DNA from: a virus
Taxonomy: Duplodnaviria > Caudoviricetes
Length of the DNA: 64,000 nucleotides
Virus record (IMG/VR): IMGVR_UViG_3300025706_000001
Location: 1 to 64,000 of that record
Reading direction: 5' to 3' (one strand)
Shown: positions 17,592 through 27,144 of the stretch, piece after piece
Position numbering within the stretch: position 1 is the stretch's first letter
How the letters are laid out: every line of letters starts with the position of its first letter
The notes under the pieces: model-generated
Told to the model about the DNA's origin: nothing
Database searches by the model: none
What the model saw: only the letters and a program-made list of their open reading frames with translations
Position numbers and translations under genes: made by a program

Positions 17592-18141
17592 TGTCATTCT
17601 CTGGAAGTGGCCGGCGAGTTTGATTCCCCCACGGCACAAATCGGCGATCCTTGAACAGACTAACGCGGTGCTGCCTTGCGATTGCTCCAACAAGTACGTC
17701 TTCTGGACCACTCGGCGCGGTTAGCTCACTGGATATAAGCTGTGCAAGGCTGCGGTCTACAAAATACATCGCCCCGCCACTTGCGTATCCGCGCCATCTG
17801 CCGCCTGGTTCGCATCCGACGTACCGTTTGTCTGTGAAGTCATACTGAACAAGGCGGTCTGGGATAAGCAGCGAGTCATTGTCGCCCTTTCCGATGTAGT
17901 CTGCATCAGTGTTTTCGACTGCCCATTCCATCCAAGCCCTTGTCTTCTGGGGCAGGCAAGTGTAGGTGTCTGGGACCGGGAAGTAGAGCGTGTCTTGTTC
18001 TTGTCGAAACTCGACCACACCACCGCGCAGGAAGTAAACTGGGATCGCCAGTTCCGTGGCTGTCTTCAGCCATGTTTGACGAACAAGCTCGTCCCTGTCG
18101 TCGTGTTTAGCACAAGATAGTAGGCCGATGACGAGCTTCAT
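17509..18141 (-). CDS. GT31/fringe-like galactosyltransferase-family glycosyltransferase
   Basis: RQTW, DTYTCLPQKT, YIGKGDNDS (DxD-like), ASGGAMY, PEDVLVG motifs. Confidence 0.8.
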   Translation of the reverse strand: MKLVIGLLSCAKHDDRDELVRQTWLKTATELAIPVYFLRGGVVEFRQEQDTLYFPVPDTYTCLPQKTRAWMEWAVENTDADYIGKGDNDSLLIPDRLVQYDFTDKRYVGCEPGGRWRGYASGGAMYFVDRSLAQLISSELTAPSGPEDVLVGAIARQHRVSLFKDRRFVPWGNQTRRPLPENDIIASHQLSRELWMDSWKSLNPLQHSST

Positions 18142-18145
18142 GGTT

Positions 18146-18370
18146 TCAGTCTCGTCCCCATACAAAAGGAAGCCAATAAGCAAACCGCCACCAGAACCCT
18201 TTGGCGACATGGTAGTAGCAGTCGCTACCATGCGGAATATCAGGCTTCAAGCGGAAAATCCCGATGTTCACGCGACGCCACCCGAACGGAAGTTCGTGGT
18301 ATCCTGGCTCGACGGTAAACCACCAGTTCCAGCTCTTGAAGTCCAGGCGTTTTGGGTATCGCATTGTCAT
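18146..18370 (-). CDS. small Trp-rich hypothetical protein
   Basis: 74-aa ORF filling an operon gap. Confidence 0.45.
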   Translation of the reverse strand: MTMRYPKRLDFKSWNWWFTVEPGYHELPFGWRRVNIGIFRLKPDIPHGSDCYYHVAKGFWWRFAYWLPFVWGRD

Positions 18371-18448
18371 TTACCCCCGAAGATAAACATGGCTCCTCCA
18401 ATAACCGTTAGGGCATATAGTACGACCATAAATGTCCAACATGCCCAA

Positions 18449-18850
18449 TCAGCAGATGGTGAATCGTTTCCGGAATTCAGTTCCACTCCAGTCCGGCCGC
18501 CGCTTGGCGTAGAACACCGGGATCGGCAGGTCGTCTCCGACATAGGCTTGTCCAATGTAGTCCTCTCCCAAGATTCGCACGGCCGGTCGCACGGCGCAGA
18601 TCAAGTCGTACAGGTCTTCTTCGGTGTTGTAGGGAATCACTTCAACAATCTGCCGAAGCGATGACAGAAGGTATCCACGTTCCTCTACTGTGAGTGTAGG
18701 GCGCGGCTTGCCTCGCTGCAACGATGGATCGGTGTGAAGTGCGGCGATGATGCCTGTGCAGACTCCAGCTTCGATGGCTTGGTCCATTGCCCAAATCGCA
18801 CCAGGATGCGGAAATGGGCAGAACGAGCTGGCGAGCAGGCCGAGGGTCAT
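18449..18850 (-). CDS. cytidylyltransferase-like (HxGH superfamily) sugar-phosphate nucleotidyltransferase
   Basis: SSFCPFPHPGA (variant of FDxxHxGH), TVEERGYLL, YNTEEDL, RILGEDY. Confidence 0.75.
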   Translation of the reverse strand: MTLGLLASSFCPFPHPGAIWAMDQAIEAGVCTGIIAALHTDPSLQRGKPRPTLTVEERGYLLSSLRQIVEVIPYNTEEDLYDLICAVRPAVRILGEDYIGQAYVGDDLPIPVFYAKRRPDWSGTEFRKRFTIC

Positions 18851-19557
18851 AGCGTGAATCCCGATGAAGCGGCGTCGCCCATGAACATCTGGACGGTTTC
18901 CCGACTGAACTCGTCGAGCGACTTGCCAAATAATTTCAGCTTCAACAGGAACGTCGGAAACACGGTGATTATGTGGCACCCCACGGCGTCGGCCTGGAGT
19001 ACGTTGTAGGGTTCTCGCACGCTCGCCCAAATGACTTGATGCGGCGTTCCTTCGGTTTCGTGGATGGCGTGCTGGACGTAGGGCAAGGGGCACTGTCCGG
19101 CGTCTGCGATGCGTCCCGCGAACACAGAAACGTACCCGGCAGAGCCCCCGTCCAGGGCTTCGCAGACGGTCGCGATCTGTTTGTGTGTGAAGATGGCCGT
19201 AACGTTGATATGGATTCCGGCCTGGGATAACTCCCGAATCAAGGCGGCGTTGCTCTCGCCGGTGGTTCGCACCACGGGAATCTTGACGAAGATGTTGGTG
19301 CCAAGGCTGGCCAGCTGCCGAACTTGTCTACGGATGCCATCAGGTTCGTCGGCCAGTACCTCCAAGGACAAAGGCATGTGGGGAAATTCGGCGGCAGCTT
19401 CGCGGCAGAAGTCAAGGTAGTTTGCGACTCCCGCTTTTTTGGCAAGGCTAGGATTCGACGTGTATCCACAGACGAGACCGGCAGCGGTCATCTCGCGCAT
19501 CTGCCCGAGATCGGCAGAATCACAGTAAATTTTCACTCGGAGTTTTTCAAGATCCAT
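18847..19557 (-). CDS. tal: transaldolase (TalC/Fsa type)
   Basis: YCDSAD, GYTSNPSL, FVKIP Schiff-base Lys, INVTAIF, SVFAGRIAD, WASVRE. Confidence 0.92.
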   Translation of the reverse strand: MDLEKLRVKIYCDSADLGQMREMTAAGLVCGYTSNPSLAKKAGVANYLDFCREAAAEFPHMPLSLEVLADEPDGIRRQVRQLASLGTNIFVKIPVVRTTGESNAALIRELSQAGIHINVTAIFTHKQIATVCEALDGGSAGYVSVFAGRIADAGQCPLPYVQHAIHETEGTPHQVIWASVREPYNVLQADAVGCHIITVFPTFLLKLKLFGKSLDEFSRETVQMFMGDAASSGFTL

Positions 19558-20042
19558 TCGACGATCTCCTTTTGTATTCCGCAGTTGGTGTTAAGTTTTA
19601 CTGCTCGTCGCTGTGGTATGACGGCATTGATTGCGGCAGTAATGTCGGTCCAGCGATCACCGATCATTGCGCATAGCGGTAGCCTAAGGTCATGCTCATA
19701 CGCTGCTGTAAAAAGCATTCCTGGGCTTGGCTTTCTGCACGAACATCCATCGTTCTGGTCGTGGCAGCAGATGTAGTATGCGTCGAGTGGAATGGAATAC
19801 ACAATTTCTCGGCATATCGCTTCAGTGTCTTGCCTGCTAATGGCTCCTCTTGCTACATCGGGTTGGTTCGTGACCATGATGAGCTTGTATCCCGCCTGTC
19901 GCAGTCTTTGACATGACTCTTGCACGTCTGGAAGGTACTCGATTTCTTCGATTGTTCGCGGCCCTCGTGTCGTTTCGCCTTCTGGAAAGGCGCGGACGAG
20001 AACTCCATCGCGATCGAAAAACACGGCCTTGGCAAGTGTCAT
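19533..20042 (-). CDS. gmhB: D-glycero-D-manno-heptose-1,7-bisphosphate phosphatase
   Basis: FFDRDGVL, VTNQPDV, CCHDQNDGCSCRKPSPGM, MIGDRWTD. Confidence 0.9.
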   Translation of the reverse strand: MTLAKAVFFDRDGVLVRAFPEGETTRGPRTIEEIEYLPDVQESCQRLRQAGYKLIMVTNQPDVARGAISRQDTEAICREIVYSIPLDAYYICCHDQNDGCSCRKPSPGMLFTAAYEHDLRLPLCAMIGDRWTDITAAINAVIPQRRAVKLNTNCGIQKEIVEWILKNSE

Positions 20043-20437
20043 GGCACTGGTCCATTTGGTGCTGGCTGTTCGATGACAACAGGAATTCCGAAAATCGTAT
20101 CTGGCAGCCCAAAGTTGGCTGGCAGGTCGCCTGGTGGTGGCCCATACGTTTCAAGAATCAGAAGACCCTTTTCTGTAATCTCGAAATCGCCACGACACCC
20201 GCAGGTGCAGCCGTTTACAAGTCCGCGTCTGATAAGCGTCGCCATTTTCGCGAGGGCCAGCTTTGGTGGCGTTCCCGGTGGCATTGCGCGAAGCACGCTG
20301 TTGTCTGGTTGGTAATCATCGGTCCAGAACCACGTTCCCCACTTAGGCAGTCCAGGTTGCCATTCCGGCATGTGGGCCAGGAAATGCAGGATGGGCCAAT
20401 CGGGGATGTCTTTGCACTGAAGGTGGTTGTGCTTCAT
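20039..20437 (-). CDS. conserved hypothetical phage protein
   Basis: QCKDIPD...KLALAKM..LIRRGLVNGCTCGCRGDF; GGAGG RBS. Confidence 0.7.
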   Translation of the reverse strand: MKHNHLQCKDIPDWPILHFLAHMPEWQPGLPKWGTWFWTDDYQPDNSVLRAMPPGTPPKLALAKMATLIRRGLVNGCTCGCRGDFEITEKGLLILETYGPPPGDLPANFGLPDTIFGIPVVIEQPAPNGPVP

Positions 20438-20646
20438 CGCTTTCCTCCAAGCAGCCCCTTGAAAAAGTCCGGTATGCTGTCGTGGTGCTCCAGGTGGGCC
20501 TGTTCGTCCGCGTCCTGTCGGCCCCGCTGACATGCTCGCCGCACTGCCTCCTTGAATGACAGCACCCCGATCCGCATCGTGCCCTCGGGGCGTCGCAGCC
20601 CTGGGGTCGCGTCCTGGAGTTGCTGCCAGTAGGCGTCGAAGGTCAT
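20434..20646 (-). CDS. hypothetical protein
   Basis: MTFDAYW.. ORF with ATGA coupling to neighbours. Confidence 0.55.
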   Translation of the reverse strand: MTFDAYWQQLQDATPGLRRPEGTMRIGVLSFKEAVRRACQRGRQDADEQAHLEHHDSIPDFFKGLLGGKR

Positions 20647-21449
20647 GGCGGGGCTCCGGTCGTTTTCCATGTTTCGCCGAGCACTATGGATTCTACCGTT
20701 CGCAAATGAACACCAAACAGTTTGGCGACTTCCGTCCGCTTCATTGACTTGGCAGCGTCTCGAATTCGTTCCGCATCTGCTGCGCACAGCTTCTTCCCGA
20801 CATGTACCTTGGGTCTATTAAGTGCGTCATCGACCGTCCATCCTCTCCTGAGTCGCCCGATCACTAAAGAGCAGCTGGTGCCTGCCAGTTCACACGCTTC
20901 TGCGAGGCACATCCGTTTTCCTCGATACTCGACGACATGATTTTGCCGCGTGTTTCTGGATTGCTCGGTCTTGGTCGCCCACCTGACATTTCCTGGTTCG
21001 TAGTTCCCATTGGTGTCGATTCGGTCAATGCTGTGGTTCTTTGATGGGCGTTTGCCTATATAGTCAAAGAATGTCTGAAACGAGTTTCGCCACTCGTCGC
21101 ATACCCGAATTCCTCGGCCGCCGTAGTATTCGTACTGCGAAGCTCCCGGTCGCTCGCACCTCGCTATCATGCGTTTCCACGTTTCGTGTTCTGCGGTGTT
21201 TGACATGCCATGTGTGAGGTTTTGTCGTATTCGATGGTCACGCCTCCAGCATCCACATGACTTAGAATTATTACTGACCAAACTTTCGGTGGTTACTCTC
21301 CCAAGTGCTCCGCATTCACACCGACAAAGCCACACCGCCTGTCCGCGCTGAGTGTTTTCTAAACGACGAATGACCGTCCATCTATTAAATGTTTGGTCGG
21401 TGAGGTCCTTGAAAAACGGCGAAATTCGTTTAGACTTACCAGTAGCCAC
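20643..21449 (-). CDS. HNH homing endonuclease
   Basis: WLCRCECG, SKSCGC, YGGRGIRVCDEW, SIDRIDTNGNYEPGNVRWAT..QSRN. Confidence 0.9.
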   Translation of the reverse strand: MATGKSKRISPFFKDLTDQTFNRWTVIRRLENTQRGQAVWLCRCECGALGRVTTESLVSNNSKSCGCWRRDHRIRQNLTHGMSNTAEHETWKRMIARCERPGASQYEYYGGRGIRVCDEWRNSFQTFFDYIGKRPSKNHSIDRIDTNGNYEPGNVRWATKTEQSRNTRQNHVVEYRGKRMCLAEACELAGTSCSLVIGRLRRGWTVDDALNRPKVHVGKKLCAADAERIRDAAKSMKRTEVAKLFGVHLRTVESIVLGETWKTTGAPP

Positions 21450-21529
21450 GACGGTATCTCCTTACCGATTGAGGTTAGAACAGCCTGTGACGCACCAACG
21501 TCCAGTCTGTTCGTATTGTATTCCTGTAT

Positions 21530-22123
21530 CTATTCTGTTGCAAGGCTTTCCCACTTTGCTGGCTTCACTGCGACTGCCGACACTATCGCATGGAGAACAA
21601 CTGCCTGTACGCCTTCTACAACAAATGTCACAAGTTCGGGCGCGTCGCACGGGACCAGGACTGTCACGTCGGAATACTTGCCCGTGAATCCACCGTCCCG
21701 ACCCACGATCGCCAGCGTGGTAGCGTCGAGTTGGTTGGCGTGGTCCATCGCGTAGACGAGGTTTTCCGACACGGGTGGCTCCAGTGAACCTCCCCCGACG
21801 CTCACGATCAGCAGGGCGTCGCTGTCGCTAAAACGTGAACCTCGAAGCCACTCTAAGTAAGCGGTCGGCCAGCCGTCGTCGTTCACTCGTGCCGTCAGTT
21901 CGGCCGCGTTGTCGCTGGGACAGTACGCTTCAAGGCCACAGAGCTTGCGGAAGTCCGCTGCCCCGTGACTGGCGTGTGCGGCCCCGCCTCCTGATCCGAC
22001 AAGAAAGAGACGACCACCTTGCTGTCGAGTTTTCACAATCGCATCAGCCATGCGGTCGATGGCCTCTGTGTCAATGGCCTGAATGCTTCGTACTGTCGCA
22101 GCCAAAACGTCCTGGGTGGTCAT
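21530..22123 (-). CDS. gmhA: phosphoheptose isomerase (SIS domain)
   Basis: LVGSGGGAAHASH, ELTARVNDDGW, SVGGGS, VGRDGG. Confidence 0.88.
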   Translation of the reverse strand: MTTQDVLAATVRSIQAIDTEAIDRMADAIVKTRQQGGRLFLVGSGGGAAHASHGAADFRKLCGLEAYCPSDNAAELTARVNDDGWPTAYLEWLRGSRFSDSDALLIVSVGGGSLEPPVSENLVYAMDHANQLDATTLAIVGRDGGFTGKYSDVTVLVPCDAPELVTFVVEGVQAVVLHAIVSAVAVKPAKWESLATE

Positions 22124-23019
22124 TGGACGATTCTCGCTCCTTCGTTAGTGAATTGAAACGGCGTCTCGACTAGTCCTGCTGCGGTCATGGTTTCGACAAG
22201 ATTCTGGCGGTTTGGCGGTTCAACGACGAACAGAAAATAGCCTCCACCACCCGCCCCACATACTTTTGCCCCACTGGCCCCTTTCTCGCGGGCGAGAGCG
22301 TACCACGCATCAATCGCAGGGTTGGACATCATTCTCGTCGTAGCTCGCTTCTTCTGCCAGTGCAAGTCTGTCAATTCACCGAATCGCCGCCCCTCGTTCT
22401 CCAGCAGATCCTGGTAGATCTCGCGCCCGATCGCAGCAATCTCTTCCATCAGTCCCGCCGAGCCGCCAGACAGGATGCAGGCAGCCTGCTCGCCAAGGAC
22501 TTGGCCTGCCTCCCGCTGGATACCCGTTCCCATGAGTAGTAGCGTAGCGCCAAAGCGTGCAGGAAGCCAAACTGGATCTACTCGCACATGACCGCCCTCG
22601 TCGATTGTGAGTGCCATACTGCCACCGTATGCCGCTGCGTAGCAGTCCTGATAGCCGATTGGATTGTGCAAACTGTACCTCTCCAAAGAATAGGCGGCTT
22701 GTGCCAGTTCGTACTTGGTCATGTCGTGGTATCTGGCCTTGAGCAGGGCCACCATCAGCGACCCGCTGCCGCCCAGGCCACTGCCGCTTGGAACGTCTGA
22801 TTCGATCTGGACAAGATCGTAATCGCCCCAGCCAGCCGCCTTGGCATAACGCAACTGCGGACAGGTGTTCAGGCGGTTGCCGATTTCGACCTTGACGGTC
22901 AGCGACAGGCTGATCGTGGCGGTCACGACAAAGCCTTGGTGGCCGGAACGCCAGTATGCGGCGCAATCGCTGCCGCCACCTGCTAGGCACAATCGTAGGG
23001 GGGCGCGGACTGTAATCAT
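22120..23019 (-). CDS. hddA: GHMP kinase, D-glycero-alpha-D-manno-heptose-7-phosphate kinase-like
   Basis: RAPLRLCLAGGGSD, PSGSGLGGSG, GYQDCYAAAYGG, GAKVCGAGGGG. Confidence 0.88.
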   Translation of the reverse strand: MITVRAPLRLCLAGGGSDCAAYWRSGHQGFVVTATISLSLTVKVEIGNRLNTCPQLRYAKAAGWGDYDLVQIESDVPSGSGLGGSGSLMVALLKARYHDMTKYELAQAAYSLERYSLHNPIGYQDCYAAAYGGSMALTIDEGGHVRVDPVWLPARFGATLLLMGTGIQREAGQVLGEQAACILSGGSAGLMEEIAAIGREIYQDLLENEGRRFGELTDLHWQKKRATTRMMSNPAIDAWYALAREKGASGAKVCGAGGGGYFLFVVEPPNRQNLVETMTAAGLVETPFQFTNEGARIVQ

Positions 23020-23966
23020 GTTTCATGCCTCCACGCCGATTCTATCATGGATTCCAGCGTCTTGTACTTGGGTCGCCAGCCGAGTTCTAACTGAGCTTTG
23101 TCCGAGTTGGCAATCAGCGCCCGTGGGTCTCCTGGGCGACGAGGCCCTTCAATGACCTTGACCTGCTTCCCGGTCACCCGCTCGACCGTGGCGATGACTT
23201 CCCTGTTACTGTACCACGTTCCGATGCCCAAATTGAAGACGCCTTTGATGTTGGGATTTTCCAGTGCCAAGCAATGGGCCGTCGCGATGTCGTCAACGTG
23301 GACGTAATCACGAAGAGGCGTGCCATCTGACGTGTCAAAGTCAGTGCCGTTAAGGGTCATTTCCGGCCGGACGCCCCTGGCGGTGTCCATTGCCACGGAA
23401 ATCAACCTTGATCGGTGGATAGGCCGCTCCCAAACGCGCTCCGTGGCACCGCAGACGTTGAAGTACCGAAACGCCACCCATTGAAGCCCTGGCATCCATC
23501 GCAGTGATTGCTCAAAAGCCAGCTTCGACGCACCATACGGTGATTCGGCGGACAATTTCGAGTCTTCAGTCAGAGGCATCTGGTTGTCGTGAGCGTAGAC
23601 TGCGGCGGTGCTGCTGTAGACGAGCCTATGGACACCAGCGCGGTACATGGACTTCAGCAGCATTAAGCCGCCAGTCACGTTGACTCGGTAGGCGAGCAAT
23701 GGGTCATTCTGGCATACTGGAATTTCGCTTTCGGCCGCTAGGTGGCAAACGGCTTCGATCTTGTTTGATTCCAGGGCGAACAAAATTGCGTGTTGATCGT
23801 TGTGGTCCGTAAGGTCGCGCCGAATCAAGGTTGTTCCTGGCGGAAGCGAGTCCCTTGACCCGTATTTCAGGTTGTCGATCACAACAACCTTGTGCTCACG
23901 TTCAGTAAGTTTCCAGCAGACAGCACTTCCGATGTAGCCGGCCCCGCCAGTGACCAAGACTTTCAT
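23016..23966 (-). CDS. galE: UDP-glucose 4-epimerase-like SDR
   Basis: VTGGAGYIGS, SSTAAVY, SPYGASK, RYFNVCG, DGTPLRDYVHV, RRPGDP. Confidence 0.9.
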   Translation of the reverse strand: MKVLVTGGAGYIGSAVCWKLTEREHKVVVIDNLKYGSRDSLPPGTTLIRRDLTDHNDQHAILFALESNKIEAVCHLAAESEIPVCQNDPLLAYRVNVTGGLMLLKSMYRAGVHRLVYSSTAAVYAHDNQMPLTEDSKLSAESPYGASKLAFEQSLRWMPGLQWVAFRYFNVCGATERVWERPIHRSRLISVAMDTARGVRPEMTLNGTDFDTSDGTPLRDYVHVDDIATAHCLALENPNIKGVFNLGIGTWYSNREVIATVERVTGKQVKVIEGPRRPGDPRALIANSDKAQLELGWRPKYKTLESMIESAWRHET

Positions 23967-26236
23967 TGAGACACCTTCTTTCCTGACTTGACTCTGGCTT
24001 CTACTCGTTTTTTCCAATCACTGTTTCGAGTGTAATGATGCAAGAATACCGGGACAATCCCGCTTTCAACAGTGCAAAATCCGTTTCTGTCAAGGGTGGC
24101 TAATGATTCAGTGGCAAACGCTTCGCCCTTGTCTTTGGGCTCGATGACCGTGGCGGCGATATTGGCACACCAGCCCTCTCGCTGCAAGGCGAACTTTGTT
24201 CGGCTTCGGTATTTGTCTGAGTGAAGCAGGATATTAAAAGCGTCCTGGTCGTTTGGTTTCGTGTAGGGCTTTGAGCAGCACATGTTCCATGTGTCGCTTG
24301 CAAGCTCTCGCATGGCCCCTGCTTTTGCTGCAAAAGAACCGGCGTTGTACAAAAGTCGCTTTGAAGCGATGTCGTAGTGTTCTGGAAAGGTATCCTTCAA
24401 GTTCTGTCGGACCCACCATTGGTCGCAAATGTGAATACACTCGCTGCCGACAACGATTTCGTAGCCTTCAGCGTCTCGTCGTAGCCAACTGATTGGATTG
24501 GCTTGAAGGACGATATCGGTCGTGTCGAGCATGATTACCCAGGCGTTGTCTCTGGTAAAGGTAGCTAGCCTTGCAAGGTCCCGGAAGCGGTCAACAACAA
24601 CATGCCGCTCTAGCTTACAAGGAACTGGAATGAATCCATGCTGCCTGAGTCGCCGAGTTGAACAGTCGTCGATTCGGTAAGTCAGGACACACACATGGCC
24701 GTCAAACGACGTAAGATGAATAGAGTTGGCCCATGTCTCAAACTGTGTCCATCGGAGCTTATCGACAGCTCCGACGATGACGGGGCGACCGTCTCGTAGA
24801 GGAAACAGCACGCTTTCAAATTCGTCAATCTTCAGTTCAACGGGCTGCTGCTTATTGACAATTGTCGGTCTGGTCGGGATATGCGCTGCGGGAATGTTTC
24901 GTGCAGCTTCAAGTCGCATGTGGCCAGGAAAGGTCTTCCTGAGAAATGGTTCGGCCAAGTGGATTTGTCGAGCAGCGTAGCGGGCAACTTCGAGTCGCCC
25001 GTCAAATGAGTCGCAGGGAACGTCTTGAAGCAGTTTGCCAAACGTCTTGTGATACGACTCAACCAAACCCATGTCATATTCATTGGATTGGTCAAGTATT
25101 GGGCTTCCGGATTCGTCAACGTCTGCAACGTGCCAATGAGGGGCGTAATTCAGCATCTCAAGATAGCTGTTGTTGATCTTATGGTCTCGCTGATTGAGAA
25201 GGTACGAGAATGTGAGCTTGCTTACGTTTTCGTCCGTAGACGGAATAAAGAACATCGTGAATATGTGCGGAACCTGTCGCAGGTGAGGCAGTAAGATCGC
25301 AAACGACCTAAGCGACCCCGCCAGGTCAACGACTACAGAATCAGAGGTAATGTGCTCGTTGGCGTAAGCAACATAAGTCTCTGTGTGATTGCGCATACAC
25401 TCCCGGCTGCAATACAAGTACAGCGATGCGGTCTCCGGGTAGATGGTGGACCATAGCTTCTGTGGGAGATAGCCGTCACGGGAGAGAAAGATGACCTTAT
25501 TTGCGCGATTTGCGTCCACGAACTCCCGAAGCTCGTGCAGGAAGGCAAGGAGCATGGGCATGTTGAACTGGATCTGCATGTCGGAGAGCTTGCCACTCAC
25601 TCCAGTTCGCACTTCGCTTAGTCGATGGTAACGAACCCACCATGCCAAGGATTCACTGTATTGGGCATAAGTCTGCTCGTGGGTATCTAGCCCAGTCGAA
25701 GCAAGTTCGGTGCGGATATGGAGCTGCCTGGGCGTCTTAACGTCATTGTTGCGATTGTCGTCGACGTGGACTGAGACTGCGTGCTTGGATTTCACGTCAC
25801 TCCAAATCGCACCTTTCGCTTTGCCGTGGCAAGTCACGTAAATCGTCAGGTCTTTCTCAATTCCTGCCGCATCAAGGATAGTCCTAATCTGAGCGGCGGA
25901 AAGGTACATGTCACTGACGGCTATGTCTCCAGGTTTGACACGACTTGCGTACTGTGCAATCGGGAACGCCTGCTCACATTCGACGGTAAGTTCACGTTGA
26001 CATAGATCGTCGGCTTGGGCGTCCGAGAATCCGCTGTGATTGGCAAGTTGTTTGTAGATGTCATGGATGGTGTAATCTTGCCATCCGGTCTGGACGACGG
26101 TCTCAGCATTGCGACGCATTTCGACGAATCCTTCGATGCCTGCCAGCGCGCCGACGAGCGACCATAGCCTTGCGGGCGTGCCGCACTTACGGCCAATGAT
26201 AGTGTCAAAGATATCCCAGCTACGAACAGTGTTCAT
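23963..26236 (-). CDS. HAD-like hydrolase fused to a glycosyltransferase-like C-terminal domain
   Basis: SWDIFDTIIGR, VSDMYL, FLSRDG; C-terminal MLDTTDIVLQANP, YNAGSF, NDQDAFN. Confidence 0.75.
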   Translation of the reverse strand: MNTVRSWDIFDTIIGRKCGTPARLWSLVGALAGIEGFVEMRRNAETVVQTGWQDYTIHDIYKQLANHSGFSDAQADDLCQRELTVECEQAFPIAQYASRVKPGDIAVSDMYLSAAQIRTILDAAGIEKDLTIYVTCHGKAKGAIWSDVKSKHAVSVHVDDNRNNDVKTPRQLHIRTELASTGLDTHEQTYAQYSESLAWWVRYHRLSEVRTGVSGKLSDMQIQFNMPMLLAFLHELREFVDANRANKVIFLSRDGYLPQKLWSTIYPETASLYLYCSRECMRNHTETYVAYANEHITSDSVVVDLAGSLRSFAILLPHLRQVPHIFTMFFIPSTDENVSKLTFSYLLNQRDHKINNSYLEMLNYAPHWHVADVDESGSPILDQSNEYDMGLVESYHKTFGKLLQDVPCDSFDGRLEVARYAARQIHLAEPFLRKTFPGHMRLEAARNIPAAHIPTRPTIVNKQQPVELKIDEFESVLFPLRDGRPVIVGAVDKLRWTQFETWANSIHLTSFDGHVCVLTYRIDDCSTRRLRQHGFIPVPCKLERHVVVDRFRDLARLATFTRDNAWVIMLDTTDIVLQANPISWLRRDAEGYEIVVGSECIHICDQWWVRQNLKDTFPEHYDIASKRLLYNAGSFAAKAGAMRELASDTWNMCCSKPYTKPNDQDAFNILLHSDKYRSRTKFALQREGWCANIAATVIEPKDKGEAFATESLATLDRNGFCTVESGIVPVFLHHYTRNSDWKKRVEARVKSGKKVSQ

Positions 26237-27144
26237 GACTTGCGAAAGATGATGTTCAGGAATTGCCGACTCCAACCACGGGACAGCGGAAGATTGACGG
26301 ACTGCATGTACTGCCACAGCAGGTTGGTTTCGAGGTCGTCCCGATACCATGCCATCATTTCCGGGCCGAGTCCATCGTCGGCGACCAAAGATTGGATGTC
26401 CCGTGTTCCGAAGGCGATCTCAAAGTCATGGAAACTGAGTCCGGTTCCAAATCCGTGACGCATTTCAATCAGTTTCGCTTCTGACTGTGCCGCCGCCCAT
26501 TTCATGGATTCCCGATAGGCGTCATGCGGGGCGCGGCCGAAGTAGCGAATGGCGATTTGGTCGGGTAGCATGTGACCGAACGGCATTCGCGTGGCGTGCA
26601 GATCGTGATACGTCAACCGGTTCGGAGTGTGGGCGACGATGAACAGTCCGCCCGGCCGCAAGAGGTTCCAGAAACATCGCATGAGTTCCAGTCGCGGAAC
26701 TTCGGGGATGTGTTCCAGGATGCCGATGCAGGGAATCGCGTCCACGCCGTCGGGGAATCGTCGCGGAAGGTCGTCTACGGCGTCGTCGGCAGAGACATGG
26801 AAAACGGCAGGGCCTTGCAATCCGAGTATGGATAACCTGGCACTTGCGGCGCGTACCATGATCGGGTCGATTTCGTAACTGGCTAGGCTACAGCCGGTTT
26901 TTGCCAGGGCGCACGTCATCGGCCCCATTCCGCATCCGGGTTCCAGCACGGAAAGTCCTCGCAACGAACGAGTCCGCTGAATCCACGGAATGACAAGCGT
27001 TTCCATTGTCGCCTGCCTTGCCCAGACAAGTTCTTCCATGTCCTTCTGGATTGCCGCCGTACTGACATTGGTCGTGTCTCGTCTGGCAAGATGTTCTGCC
27101 AATGACTCAAGTATCAATGTTTTCTGGTGTTTGCTGATGTTCAT
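26233..27144 (-). CDS. class I SAM-dependent methyltransferase
   Basis: VLEPGCGMG, ILEHIP, LLRPGG, TPNR. Confidence 0.85.
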   Translation of the reverse strand: MNISKHQKTLILESLAEHLARRDTTNVSTAAIQKDMEELVWARQATMETLVIPWIQRTRSLRGLSVLEPGCGMGPMTCALAKTGCSLASYEIDPIMVRAASARLSILGLQGPAVFHVSADDAVDDLPRRFPDGVDAIPCIGILEHIPEVPRLELMRCFWNLLRPGGLFIVAHTPNRLTYHDLHATRMPFGHMLPDQIAIRYFGRAPHDAYRESMKWAAAQSEAKLIEMRHGFGTGLSFHDFEIAFGTRDIQSLVADDGLGPEMMAWYRDDLETNLLWQYMQSVNLPLSRGWSRQFLNIIFRKS

